The notes below the pieces were generated by a model that saw only the letters and a program-made list of their open reading frames with translations, was not told the DNA's origin and did not search any database. Both the position numbers and the translations under genes were made by a program. 64,000 nucleotides of DNA from Candidatus Poriferihabitaceae bacterium (GTDB taxonomy: Bacteria; Pseudomonadota; Gammaproteobacteria; Arenicellales; Poriferihabitantaceae): contig CBDHDW010000013.1 in NCBI GenBank assembly GCA_965261915.1, positions 320,491-384,490 on the forward strand. Direction: 5' to 3'. This document shows, one piece after another, positions 38,615 through 48,275 of this stretch. Position 1 is the first letter of the stretch; the number at the start of each line of letters is the position of its first letter.

Positions 38615-39466
38615 ATGGCACTGCCCCCATACACAACCCCGCTGGAGAAAGTTTGGCACTACACCTACCTGACTATTTGTGGGCTGATTTTCTTTTTTCT
38701 GATTGCACCGATAGTCATCGTCATTCCACTGTCTTTTAATGCGGTTCCTTTCTTCACTTTCACGGAGGCAATGTTGACCTTCGACCCGAGTGGTTATTCA
38801 TTAAAATGGTATGAGGATTTTTTCACCAGTCTAAACTGGCAAGGAGCGGTTAAAAATAGCTTCGTCATTGCTGTTTTTGCGACCGCAATCTCGACCGTAC
38901 TCGGCACGGTTGCCGCACTCGGACTAAGTCGTCAGGAAATGCCGTATAAGTCGGTCGTTATGGGGCTGTTAATATCACCAATGATTGTGCCGTTGATTAT
39001 TTCTGCCGCGGGCATGTATTTTTTCTATAGCAAAGTGGGGTTGTCTTCGACTCATATTGGCGTAATACTTGCTCATGCGGCGTTAGGGACACCTTTCGTG
39101 GTCATAACGGTTACCGCAACATTGGTTGGATTTGATCATAGTTTGGTGCGTGCGGCGGCGACTTTGGGGGCATCACCGCAACGGACATTTTTCAAAATCA
39201 TCGTACCATTGATACTGCCCGGGGTGATTTCCGGCGCGTTATTCGCCTTCATTACTTCTTTTGACGAAGTGGTTGTGGTGTTATTTGTTGGCAGTTATGA
39301 ACAGCGCACCATCCCTTGGCAAATGTTTTCCGGTATTCGTGAGCAAATTAGCCCGACTATTCTGGCTGTGGCGACGCTATTGGTCATCGTGTCTATTATG
39401 TTATTGTCCTCGGTAGAGCTGTTGCGAAGACGGGGCGAGCGTCTGCGCGGTATTACCCCACATTAG
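38615..39466 (+). CDS. ABC transporter permease (PotC-like)
   Basis: Six TM segments and an EAA loop (VRAAATLGASPQRTFFKIIVPL). Confidence 0.85.
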   Translation: MALPPYTTPLEKVWHYTYLTICGLIFFFLIAPIVIVIPLSFNAVPFFTFTEAMLTFDPSGYSLKWYEDFFTSLNWQGAVKNSFVIAVFATAISTVLGTVAALGLSRQEMPYKSVVMGLLISPMIVPLIISAAGMYFFYSKVGLSSTHIGVILAHAALGTPFVVITVTATLVGFDHSLVRAAATLGASPQRTFFKIIVPLILPGVISGALFAFITSFDEVVVVLFVGSYEQRTIPWQMFSGIREQISPTILAVATLLVIVSIMLLSSVELLRRRGERLRGITPH

Positions 39467-39524
39467 AGCTGACACAAGTTAATAGATGCGCCCATATTTA
39501 TAGGTAAATTTTCGTGACTTCCTG

Positions 39525-39768
39525 TTTCGCGGGAATGACGAGGTAGAACGAGGATAATGAGTTGGCATAATATGAATATTGCCGGTTAAGAACTGTTGCA
39601 TCAAGCTCCGTTTAGGGTGTTATGCTCACTTTGTTTGTTACTCCCGCTTGGAGACTGTACAAAATCTAATATTCGTCATTCCTGCGAAAGCAGGAACCCA
39701 GTAAAACAGCATGTAACGCATGCCTAGCGAGGGTTTCTTGCACAGTCTCTTCCGCAGGAATGACGAAT
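39525..39768. repeat. Cluster of REP-like units (GGAATGACG family)
   Basis: tttcgcgggaatgacgagg (39525-39543); attcgtcattcctgcgaaagcaggaacccagtaaaaca (39671-39708, inverted copy of 681-718); ccgcaggaatgacgaatg (39752-39768). There are also ggagactgtacaa / ttgcacagtctc inverted motifs. Confidence 0.85.
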
Positions 39769-39790
39769 GATGGAACTGCCCACTTCGGCC

Positions 39791-40235
39791 TTAGTCGCTG
39801 GTTTTCTGCATTACCCCAGTTTCAAAAAAGCGCGTCAGTATATCGTTCTGATTTGAAGCAATAATCAATCTGCGAATCGGCAATCCCATTTGTTTGGCGA
39901 TATATCCGGACAGTACATTGCCAAAGTTACCCGTTGGTACCGAAAAATTGACTTCCCTATCGGGGGGCTCCCAGTAGCAACGCCGCACGGAAGTAATAAA
40001 CAACCTGAGCGGCAATGCGTGCTCAATTGATTGAATTGACCGTACTCAGATAATGGCGGTGGCGAAATTCAGCATCATTGAACAGGATTTTGACCAAATT
40101 TTGGCAGTCATCAAAAGTGCCGTCCACCACCAGATTATGAATATTGTCATCCAGAACCGTGGTCATCTGTCGTCTTTGCACTTGCGCCCTGTGGGCACAA
40201 GTGCAAAGGTCTCTATCTACGAGAATCATTCCAGC
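39791..40235 (-). pseudogene. thrC: Threonine synthase remnant (central ~150 codons, frameshifted)
   Basis: VDGTFDDCQNLVKILFND...LSTVNSIN and FSVPTGNFGNVLSGYIAKQMGLPIRRLIIASNQND match the ThrC core. There is a frameshift at the G6/C6 run (39962-39967) and another near 40200. Both gene ends are missing. Confidence 0.8.
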
Positions 40236-40572
40236 GGGTATTGTGTATTAGTTATGTGTGGATAACAAAGTATGTCGTTTTTGGAACAGGAAAAGCTGAC
40301 CATTTAGGTATTCTGTAGCAATGGCATTTGTTGCCTTAACCGGCAAAATGAAGTAAATGGTAGCTTATATTGTACAAATGTCTTTAGGGGATATTAACAA
40401 AAACAGTCTTATTAGCTTATATCGGCGATGCTTATGATGCGCTGTTCTCAAAGCGTGGGATTACCTAAATCACCCTTTTCTCTAAATAACGCTGGATGAC
40501 AGATAGCATCACTATCCGCCTTCCATTCGTTTATTTATTCATTCTTAATACAAAATATTCTTAATACAAAAT

Positions 40573-41583
40573 ATGAAATATACAAACATCAAAAAAATAA
40601 CGCTCGGCGTGACACTGCTGCTTAGTAGCACGGTTGCGATGGCCGAATGTGGCAAAGTTCAGGTTGCGGAAATGAACTGGGCTTCTGCTGAATTTGTCGC
40701 TAACGTGGATAAAATGGTTTTTGAAAGCTATGGGTGCGAGGTAGAAATGGTTCCCGGTGCTACCGTGCCGACCTTCACTTCGATGAACGAAAAAGGTCAG
40801 CCGGATGTTGCCGCTGAGTTGTGGACAAATGTTTTTGTCGACAAACTGGACAAGGCGATTGCCGAAGGTCGTCTGATTACCGCCAACCCCGAACCAATTG
40901 CGGGTGTCGGTGAAGGCTGGTGGATTACGCCCGCGACTGCTGCTAGGCATCCAAACCTGAAAACCGTGCCGGATGTGCTTGCACACCCGGAATTGTTCCC
41001 AGATGCAGAAGACTCTTCTAAAGGTGGGTTTGTCACCTGCCCGGCCGGTTGGGGTTGCCAATTGGCTAATGCCAACTTGTTCCGAGCGTTTGAAATGGAA
41101 GCGAAAGGTTGGAAGTTGGTCGATCCCGGTTCAGCAGCAGGGCTTGACGGATCGATGACCAAGGCGGTTGAACGTGACCAAAACTGGTTTGGCTATTACT
41201 GGGCACCGACCGCAATGATTGGCAAGCACAAAATGGTCTTATTGCCATTTGGCGTGCCGTTTGCGGGCAAAGAAAATTGGGATGGTTGTATCGTTTTGCC
41301 CGAGCAGGAGTGTGCCGACCCGAAACCTTCCGCATGGACATTTTCCGAAGTTCGTACTGTGGTTACCGCAGATTTTGCCGATCGTGCTGGTAGCGATGTA
41401 ACAGACTATCTGGAAAAGCGCGTTTTTCCTGCTGATGTGATGGGCGACATGCTGGTTTATATAGCAGAAAACCAAGCAGATGGCGGCGATGCGGCAGCCG
41501 AATTTTTTACTCAGAACGAAGCACTCTGGAAAAATTGGGTCAGTGCTGATGTTGCGAAAAAAATTAAAGCAAGCTTGAAGTAA
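40573..41583 (+). CDS. proX: Glycine betaine/proline betaine ABC transporter substrate-binding protein
   Basis: Signal peptide, AEMNWASAEFVANV and WWITPATAARHP patterns typical of ProX-type binders, and context with proW/proV. Confidence 0.8.
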   Translation: MKYTNIKKITLGVTLLLSSTVAMAECGKVQVAEMNWASAEFVANVDKMVFESYGCEVEMVPGATVPTFTSMNEKGQPDVAAELWTNVFVDKLDKAIAEGRLITANPEPIAGVGEGWWITPATAARHPNLKTVPDVLAHPELFPDAEDSSKGGFVTCPAGWGCQLANANLFRAFEMEAKGWKLVDPGSAAGLDGSMTKAVERDQNWFGYYWAPTAMIGKHKMVLLPFGVPFAGKENWDGCIVLPEQECADPKPSAWTFSEVRTVVTADFADRAGSDVTDYLEKRVFPADVMGDMLVYIAENQADGGDAAAEFFTQNEALWKNWVSADVAKKIKASLK

Positions 41584-41650
41584 TTGTCGCTTTTAGTCCG
41601 ATTATTGCTTCAGAAATAATCGGACTAACCTCTTATGTATCATAAAATGG

Positions 41651-41686
41651 AATCCGCCGACATGCGCTATGTGTCGGCGGATTTTT
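41651..41686 (+). terminator. Intrinsic terminator/attenuator hairpin between proX and proW
   Basis: aatccgccgaca-tgcgctat-gtgtcggcggatt is followed by TTTT. A second 14-bp-stem hairpin lies at 41593-41628. Confidence 0.6.
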
Positions 41687-41721
41687 CTGTTTCAGTTTTA
41701 GTATAACAACTGGAGGTAATC

Positions 41722-42612
41722 ATGGGTTTCTTGAGCGAATTTCCGTCGATGGGACGACAGGATTTGCGTGATTTCAAACAAGCGATTGATGCTGGTTTTC
41801 GTGATTTCTCGCGTGAGTTTGGCGAGTCGCTGGAAACTTTCTTTTCACCATTGTTGCAATTTCTGGTGTGGCTAGAAAAACTGCTTATCAATACGCCGTG
41901 GCCGATTATTATTCTTATCGTTGCCGCCCTTGCATGGTTTGGTTCGCGCAGTATAAAGATCGTGATTGGTAGCGTGCTATCGTTTCTCGCTATCGGTTAT
42001 TTCGGTATGTGGAAAGACACCATGTCCACTTTAGCCATTATTTCGGTTGCCACTTCGCTTTGTATTGCACTCGGTCTGCCGTTGGGTATATTGATGGCAC
42101 GTTCGAATCGCGCACAATCGATTGTGACACCAATTCTCGATGTCATGCAAACCATTCCAGCCTTTGTCTATCTTATTCCAGTGGTGATGTTGCTCGGTAT
42201 TGGTAAGGTGCCGGGACTGATTGCTGTGTGTATTTACGCAATGCCACCGATTGTGCGTCTGACCAATCTTGGTATTCGGCTGGTCGAAAAAGAAGCCCTC
42301 GAAGCGGCCGATGCGTTTGGGGCAAATTATCGACAACGATTATTTGGCGTACAGATTCCAATGGCATTGCCCAATATCTTTGCTGGGGTCAATCAAACCA
42401 TAATGATGGCGTTATCGATGGTAGTGATTGCTTCTATGATTGGAGTCGCTGGATTGGGTGTTCCGGTTTTGCGCGCTATTTCAAATCAATACCTCGCCCT
42501 CGGACTGATGAATGGGCTGGCTATTGTTGCTTTGGCAATTATTTTTGATCGGGTTTCGCAGAAATATGGTGACCGCCTGCAAAAGCATCGTCAAGGAGTT
42601 CACCATGACTGA
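41722..42612 (+). CDS. proW: Glycine betaine/proline ABC transporter permease
   Basis: ProW-like N-terminus (FKQAIDAGFRDFSREFGESLE) and an EAA loop (ALEAADAFGANYRQRLFGVQIPMALP). Confidence 0.88.
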   Translation: MGFLSEFPSMGRQDLRDFKQAIDAGFRDFSREFGESLETFFSPLLQFLVWLEKLLINTPWPIIILIVAALAWFGSRSIKIVIGSVLSFLAIGYFGMWKDTMSTLAIISVATSLCIALGLPLGILMARSNRAQSIVTPILDVMQTIPAFVYLIPVVMLLGIGKVPGLIAVCIYAMPPIVRLTNLGIRLVEKEALEAADAFGANYRQRLFGVQIPMALPNIFAGVNQTIMMALSMVVIASMIGVAGLGVPVLRAISNQYLALGLMNGLAIVALAIIFDRVSQKYGDRLQKHRQGVHHD

Positions 42613-43654
42613 GATGAAAATTAAAATCGAAAATCTGTATAAAATTTTCGGTAAAAGCGCGCATGCGGTTATGCCACAAGTACAGCAAGGGATGTCGAAG
42701 CAAGATTTATTGGAGCAATATCATTGTGTGCTAGGGCTAAAGGATATTAATATTGATATTCCTGCCAGAAGCGTCTCGGTCATTATGGGGCTTTCTGGTT
42801 CAGGAAAATCGACCCTGATTCGTCATATCAATCGGCTGATTGAGCCCACTTCAGGCAGGATAGTCGTTGATGGTCAGGATGTGTTAGCCATGACGGCAGA
42901 GCAGCTGATCGAATTTAGACGACATCAGGCTTCTATGGTGTTCCAAAAGTTTGGGCTGCATGCGCATAGAACCGTGGCCGAAAATGTCGCCTACGGGCTT
43001 GTTATTCAGGGCATCCCCCTTGAGAAAGCTAAACAACAAAGCCAGCATTGGATTGAACGAGTCGGTTTGTCGGGTTTTGAAAAACATTATCCACCACAAT
43101 TATCCGGCGGTATGCAACAACGTGTAGGCTTGGCACGCGCACTAGCAACCGATGCGGAAATCCTGTTGATGGATGAGGCATTTTCCGCGCTTGACCCGTT
43201 GATTCGTGCGGATATGCAGGGTGTGCTATTGGGGCTGCAAGAGGAGCTTCACAAGACCATCGTGTTTATTACCCACGACTTGGATGAGGCATTGAGAATG
43301 GGCGATCGAATTGCCATTCTACGCGATGGTGCGGTTATTCAGCAGGGTGACCCACAAGATATTATTTTACATCCAGCGGATGACTATATTTTTGATTTTG
43401 TTAAGGATATTAACCGCGCTCGGGTGATTAAAGTACGTTCGGTGATGACCTCAGATAGCCCTTGTTCTGGCCCAACCTTGCACGAAGACGCGGTACTAGA
43501 GGATGCTCTGCAGCAAGTGGTTAATAGCGATACACGCGCTGGCAATGTTGTCGACAGCGAAGATAACGTGCTTGGCAGTATCGAAATAGACCAAATTATC
43601 GCTGGCATTGCACGTCCCAATCTTGCGAATAAGGCGGGAGCGAACTATACATAA
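42605..43654 (+). CDS. proV: Glycine betaine/proline ABC transporter ATP-binding protein with C-terminal CBS region
   Basis: MTEMKIKIENLYKIFG, Walker A GLSGSGKST, signature LSGGMQQRVGLARAL, Walker B ILLMDEAF. ATG 42605 is preferred over the ORF-track start at 42512. Confidence 0.9.
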   Translation: MTEMKIKIENLYKIFGKSAHAVMPQVQQGMSKQDLLEQYHCVLGLKDINIDIPARSVSVIMGLSGSGKSTLIRHINRLIEPTSGRIVVDGQDVLAMTAEQLIEFRRHQASMVFQKFGLHAHRTVAENVAYGLVIQGIPLEKAKQQSQHWIERVGLSGFEKHYPPQLSGGMQQRVGLARALATDAEILLMDEAFSALDPLIRADMQGVLLGLQEELHKTIVFITHDLDEALRMGDRIAILRDGAVIQQGDPQDIILHPADDYIFDFVKDINRARVIKVRSVMTSDSPCSGPTLHEDAVLEDALQQVVNSDTRAGNVVDSEDNVLGSIEIDQIIAGIARPNLANKAGANYT

Positions 43655-43723
43655 TCCGCACGGTCTGTTGTCCGATGGCTGTATTGAACCACTCGGCTGA
43701 CGGTGTTTAGGATTGGTTGGAAG

Positions 43724-43798
43724 TGGTGGGGCGTACAGGATTCAAACCTGTGACCACCTGATTGAAAGCAGATGCTCTACCAGTTGAGCTAACGCCCC
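43724..43798 (-). tRNA. tRNA-Lys-like gene with an aberrant anticodon arm (possible pseudogene)
   Basis: Perfect 7-bp acceptor stem GGGGCGT/ACGCCCC, D arm GCTC-AACTGGTA-GAGC, T arm ACAGG-TTTGAAT-CCTGT, and encoded ACCA. The anticodon arm only pairs as ATCTG/CAGGT around an 8-nt loop CTTTCAAT. The T-loop has T where C56 is expected. Confidence 0.6.
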
Positions 43799-43927
43799 AA
43801 CATGCCAATAATCCGTAGTACGACAAAGAAAAGAGAGGTGCGATTGTCCTGTTATGGCAGGCACATGTCAAACGCTATCTCATCACTAGCCATAAAATTA
43901 ACCGCCATGGATTCAGGGCAATCGGGC

Positions 43928-44990
43928 TTAAATTGTAACCATAACCCGCAGTAGGTAGTGATTGTTCCAACCGGCTTTCAAGTGTTTTATTTTCACACCG
44001 ACCTTTGAGATCTTTTCCCTTTTAATCAGGTTGAGTGCGATATGCCGGATAATAGCAAGATTGGCGGCACTATGCTCGTTGCGTGTCCGATTAGCGTCTT
44101 CATCAAAAGCGACATCCAGCACCCAATGTAAATTGTTTTCAATTGCCCAATGAGCACGAATGCCATGCGCTAATTGACTGGGATTATCTGCCCTCAGACT
44201 GCTCACAAAATAGCGCGTCTCTTCGGTTATCTTATTCGCGGTCTCTCGTTTGCAGGTGACCGCAATGATGCTCTGCAACCCCAGCCAGTCATGGCGTTCA
44301 TGTAACCAGTCGATGTCACCGCTGACACGCGCCGTACGTGTTTCAATGCGCCCATGCGCTCCATCATAAGTGACTACCGAAGCGGCGGGCGATAACGCCG
44401 AATTAAAGCAGGTCGCCACATCGGCTCGGTGAGCTCGCCGCACCGCCTCATGCAAACCCCCTTGATTCCCTTCAAACTCAAAACATAGTCACCGTCTTGT
44501 TGAACAATTTGCCGAGCAACTTGCCTCTGACAACCCATAGCATCAAGGGTAACGACTGCACCAACAATATCTAATCGCGATAGGAGCTTGGGAATAGCCG
44601 TGATTTCATTGGATTTGTCATCTACTTTAACCTGTCCTAAAACCAAACTATTGTGCTGCCCCGGGCACTGACCATGCAGATAGCCGCTTTTTTTGAGGCT
44701 TTATCCAGACGGCACCTTAAGCATTTACCATCAATCGCAATGACATCCCCTTCGGTCAGATGGACCAAGTCCGACACCCAGATGGAAAAACAATCACTAA
44801 ATTGGCTGCTATCAATCGCTGCAAATACATCACCGAAGGTGTCGTGCGAGGGAATCCCATGCTACAAACCGAGCAGTTCGGTGCCCCAGGATTCCTGAGC
44901 GTTACCAAACTCTTCAATAGACACCCCATTATCTGCTCCACATATAACCGCGCAAAGCGTGATAAAGAAGACGTGCGCTTTTTTACACCT
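43928..44990 (-). mobile_element. ISAs1-family (H-repeat) element remnant with a multiply disrupted transposase
   Basis: [61 protein letters not shown] and HGIPSHDTFGDVFAAID...VIAIDGKCLR occur in three different frames with an internal stop. About the first 20 codons are missing. Confidence 0.8.
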
Positions 44991-45330
44991 TGCAGAATCG
45001 ACGCAAAACGGAAAAAGCTGAATGCAATATAAAATGACCAGTTCTCTATCCTCGGCGTGTTTGAAAATTCGCAGTATGTTTCAACGTATTGCTGTTCCGT
45101 GGGTATACCGATACTCAACCTGTTTTTACTGCCTAGTCCGGGAATGATACCCTGATCATCCATCCTCAGCTGCATACACTGATACGCGTTAGCGTAAGGG
45201 TATCCTGATAGTGGCTCTAAATCCATCATGTCATTAATAAATTGCGGAGCAATCGTTTGCTGATTTTGTACATTGAGTCAGATGGGAAGTCTGAAAATAC
45301 CGATTTGACTTGACTTGAGTTTCGCAATAC
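44985..45330 (-). pseudogene. APH-type phosphotransferase family remnant, truncated by the ISAs1 remnant
   Basis: IPTEQQYVETYCEFSNTPRIENWSFYIAFSFFRFASILQGVKKR is the conserved C-terminal block of acyl-CoA-dehydrogenase-associated phosphotransferases. The upstream part is degenerate (..GIFRLPI*LN..) and the N-terminus is absent. Confidence 0.6.
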
Positions 45331-45404
45331 TCGGACATTGGCTGTATATCAACTGGAGTTACTCGAGCTACAATAAGGCGATTATCCTCTAATCAGGTGC
45401 ATTT

Positions 45405-46397
45405 ATGAAACTGTTGATACAAGGGGCTTCTGTGGCAGAGGAAGTACCTGGTCTGATGCCTTTGCCCGACGGTGTGGAAGTCGTGTTCGCTGCTGATGAG
45501 AACAGTCTTTCGCGGGAGTTGCCGGGAGCTGAGGTCATGCTCGGCTGGAATTACCGGATCAGGGAATTGCAATCCCAGTGGCACCTTGCAACTGATTTAA
45601 AATGGATTAACTGGTGTGCTGCAGGGGTTGATGCGGCTTTGTTTGACGGGATGAAGAACAGCAACGTGCTGTTAACCAACGCGGGTGGGATTTTTGACCA
45701 TGCCATGGCTGAAAGTATTTTGGCATACATGTTAATGGTTGCAAAAGATTTTCAGACCACAATGGCGCACCAAAAAGAAAAAACCTGGCAATATCGTATG
45801 ACGCGTCAGCTCAAGGGCAACAGGGTGTTGATTATTGGAGTCGGAAGTATCGGTAGAACCATATCCCGATATCTGCGGAAAGTGGGGTTACAGTGTTATG
45901 GTGCCGGGCGAAGCGTACGTGAGAATGATGTTGATTTTGATAAAATATTTGATTCAGCAGAGGTGATGAACGAGTTGAAACAATTTGACTGGATCGTCGG
46001 GGTGTTGCCTTCAACGCCACAAACTGAAAATTATTTTGATGCGAATTTCTTTAATAACATGAGTTCAAAATCCCATTTCATTAATGTTGGAAGAGGTTCT
46101 GCAGTGGTCGAGTCCGCACTGATGACAGCATTAAAAACACGGCAAATTGATGGCGCTATGCTTGATGTTTTTCAGACCGAACCGCTAACGGACTCAGATC
46201 CATTATGGGGCCTTGAGAATCTGTTTATCTCTCCTCATATTACCGGAGACTATGAGGGCTTTGAATCTGATATGGTGAAATTATTCAAACAGAACCTGAC
46301 GAGGTATCTTAATGGATCTGAGTTGATGAATATCGTTGACAAGGAGCTCGGATTTGTTGCACGATCTAACGGGAGCGAAGTAAACCATGACCACTAA
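45405..46397 (+). CDS. D-isomer-specific 2-hydroxyacid dehydrogenase family, NAD-binding
   Basis: GVGSIGRTISRYL is a Rossmann motif. NVGRGSAVVESAL...DVFQTEPL...SPHITG carries the catalytic R/E/H context. Confidence 0.85.
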   Translation: MKLLIQGASVAEEVPGLMPLPDGVEVVFAADENSLSRELPGAEVMLGWNYRIRELQSQWHLATDLKWINWCAAGVDAALFDGMKNSNVLLTNAGGIFDHAMAESILAYMLMVAKDFQTTMAHQKEKTWQYRMTRQLKGNRVLIIGVGSIGRTISRYLRKVGLQCYGAGRSVRENDVDFDKIFDSAEVMNELKQFDWIVGVLPSTPQTENYFDANFFNNMSSKSHFINVGRGSAVVESALMTALKTRQIDGAMLDVFQTEPLTDSDPLWGLENLFISPHITGDYEGFESDMVKLFKQNLTRYLNGSELMNIVDKELGFVARSNGSEVNHDH

Positions 46398-47349
46398 GAA
46401 AACATTTAACCAACCATTAGGCGGTAACGAAATGCCGCGTTTTTCCGGTCCTGGCACCATGTTTCGATTGCCGGTACAAACGTCTGCTCAAGATCTGGAT
46501 ATTGCCATAGTCGGTGTTCCGTTGGATATTGGTACCAGCAATCGGCCGGGAACTCGCTTTGGGCCGCGTCAGATTCGTAGTGAGTCGGTTATGGTAAGAC
46601 CCTACGGAATGGCGACGCGTGCAGCACCGTTTGACAGTTTTCAAATCGCTGATATCGGAGACGTAGCGTTAAATACCTTCAATCTAAAAAAATCCATCGT
46701 GATTATCGAAGCATTTTACGACGAGATTATAAATGTCGGCGCCAAGCCGGTTTCGCTTGGTGGCGACCACACAATTGCATTGCCAATCTTGAGGGCGCTT
46801 CAGAAGGTTCACGGCAAAATGGCATTAATTCATGTCGATGCACATGCCGATATTAATGACGTCATGTTTGGTGAGAAAATTGCTCATGGCACGATTTTTA
46901 GGCGTGCTGTGGAAGAGGGATTAATCGATGGCACCCGGATGGTGCAAATTGGCTTAAGGACAACGGGTTATGCTGCTGATGATTTTGACTGGTCCCGAGA
47001 CCAGGGCGCGCGAGTGGTTCAGGCTGAGGATTGTTGGTATCAATCTTTGGCGCCACTGATGGATGAAGTTAGAGAGCAAATAGGCCCCGATATGCCAGCC
47101 TACTTGAGCTTTGATATTGATGGATTGGATCCATCCGTAGCACCGGGCACTGGTACACCGGAACCCGGGGGATTGAGCGCTTCACAGGGAATTGAAGTTA
47201 TTCGGGGCTGCTACGGCTTGAACCTGATTGGAAGTGATCTGGTGGAGGTTTCACCCCCGTATGATACCACTGGAAATACCTCGTTACTGGCAGCGAACCT
47301 GGTGTTTGAAATGCTTTGCAGTTTCCCGGGTTGTATCCGCCGCAGCTGA
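46387..47349 (+). CDS. Agmatinase-family ureohydrolase, guanidinobutyrase/guanidinopropionase-like
   Basis: Mn-binding motifs GGDHTIALP, HVDAHADIND and SFDIDGLDP. The N-terminal QPLGGNEMPRF pattern is typical of the guanidino-acid hydrolase branch. Confidence 0.85.
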   Translation: MTTKKTFNQPLGGNEMPRFSGPGTMFRLPVQTSAQDLDIAIVGVPLDIGTSNRPGTRFGPRQIRSESVMVRPYGMATRAAPFDSFQIADIGDVALNTFNLKKSIVIIEAFYDEIINVGAKPVSLGGDHTIALPILRALQKVHGKMALIHVDAHADINDVMFGEKIAHGTIFRRAVEEGLIDGTRMVQIGLRTTGYAADDFDWSRDQGARVVQAEDCWYQSLAPLMDEVREQIGPDMPAYLSFDIDGLDPSVAPGTGTPEPGGLSASQGIEVIRGCYGLNLIGSDLVEVSPPYDTTGNTSLLAANLVFEMLCSFPGCIRRS

Positions 47350-47589
47350 TTCTCAGTCAGGGCTAACTGGTTTTGGATCAAGAGTTGGAATAATATTGCT
47401 GTGACGACTCAGGAACGCGCATAATCGAGAGTCGCTATCGCGTGTAATCTGGTGGTATCGAAAACGGCACTAGAAAAATCGTTCTGGTTAATTAGTAAGC
47501 CAATTTCTGTGCAACCCGGTATGACCCATCCGAGCCTGTTGATACACAGCGATCCATAATCTCAATACAAGTTGCCTTTAAGGTACGTC

Positions 47590-48198
47590 TTGAATGCGCC
47601 AACTGTTTAGGCCTTTGACATGATGGTGCAGATGTATGGTGCTGAGCTGGAAATGATCAGCCTGAATACGGTGGCTGGAGATGCGGCAGTGGGAGAAAGA
47701 GGGTTGTTAGCGCTTCCGGGCAGGGAAAGCGAAGCCCGGGTAGCAATTAATCAGGCGATTGAATATGCCACGAAAATTAATTGCCGAAATATTCACGCCA
47801 TGGCTGGAAATGCCAGCGGTTCAAGAGCAGAGGAATGCTACCTTGATAATCCCGGGTATTTTTTGTTTACAAGCAAACATGCTGTTCAGATTCTGGATTG
47901 CCTAAACCGAAACAATGTCAAGTTGATGTTTGATTGTTACCACATAGCCCGTATGGAAGGTGGCGTTGAAGACAAACCGGAAGCGCTGCTTCCTTAGATT
48001 GGAGATGTGCAAATTGCATCTGTGCCAGAAAGACATGAACCGGTTGCTGATGAAGGGGAGTTGAATTATCGAAATGTATTCGGAAAAATCAATGCACTAA
48101 GTTACAGCGGTTATATTGGCGCAGAGTATCATCCGAAATCAACCACTGTAGCCGGATTAGGTTGGTTAAAAAATTTGAAAACAGCAGCTGACTCCTGA
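47590..48198 (+). pseudogene. hyi: Hydroxypyruvate isomerase remnant
   Basis: AGDAAVGERGLLALPGRE..., FDCYHIARMEGG and [11 protein letters not shown]...GELNY...GYIGAEYHP match Hyi. About 60 N-terminal aa are missing, there is an internal deletion, and an in-frame stop lies at 47995-47997. Confidence 0.75.
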
Positions 48199-48275
48199 CG
48201 GTTGTTTTAACGCTATTAAAAATATTTATCATCTCCAGTTGAATCACTGAACAAAAATCGCTTGAAGATTGTAAT

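Noticed and set aside
40561-41475. Minus-strand ORFs (166, 121, 91 and 78 aa) opposite proX, and the 53367-53912 + ORF opposite serA
   Set aside because: They are antisense to well-supported genes and have no motifs. The translations are rich in Arg, Ser and Pro, as is typical of antisense frames.
42512-42604. 31-codon N-terminal extension of proV in the ORF track
   Set aside because: It lies entirely inside proW in another frame. The canonical ProV N-terminus (MTEMKIKIENLYKIFG) starts at ATG 42605, with an 8-nt overlap of the proW stop.
43724-43798. Interpreting the 8-nt anticodon loop as evidence for a natural quadruplet-decoding or UGA-suppressor tRNA
   Set aside because: The same gene also has a shortened anticodon-stem strand, a 4-nt variable region and a T-loop C56-to-T change. 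It sits beside dead IS copies in a pseudogene-rich region, so decay of a tRNA-Lys gene is the simpler reading. It is kept as a finding only for verification.
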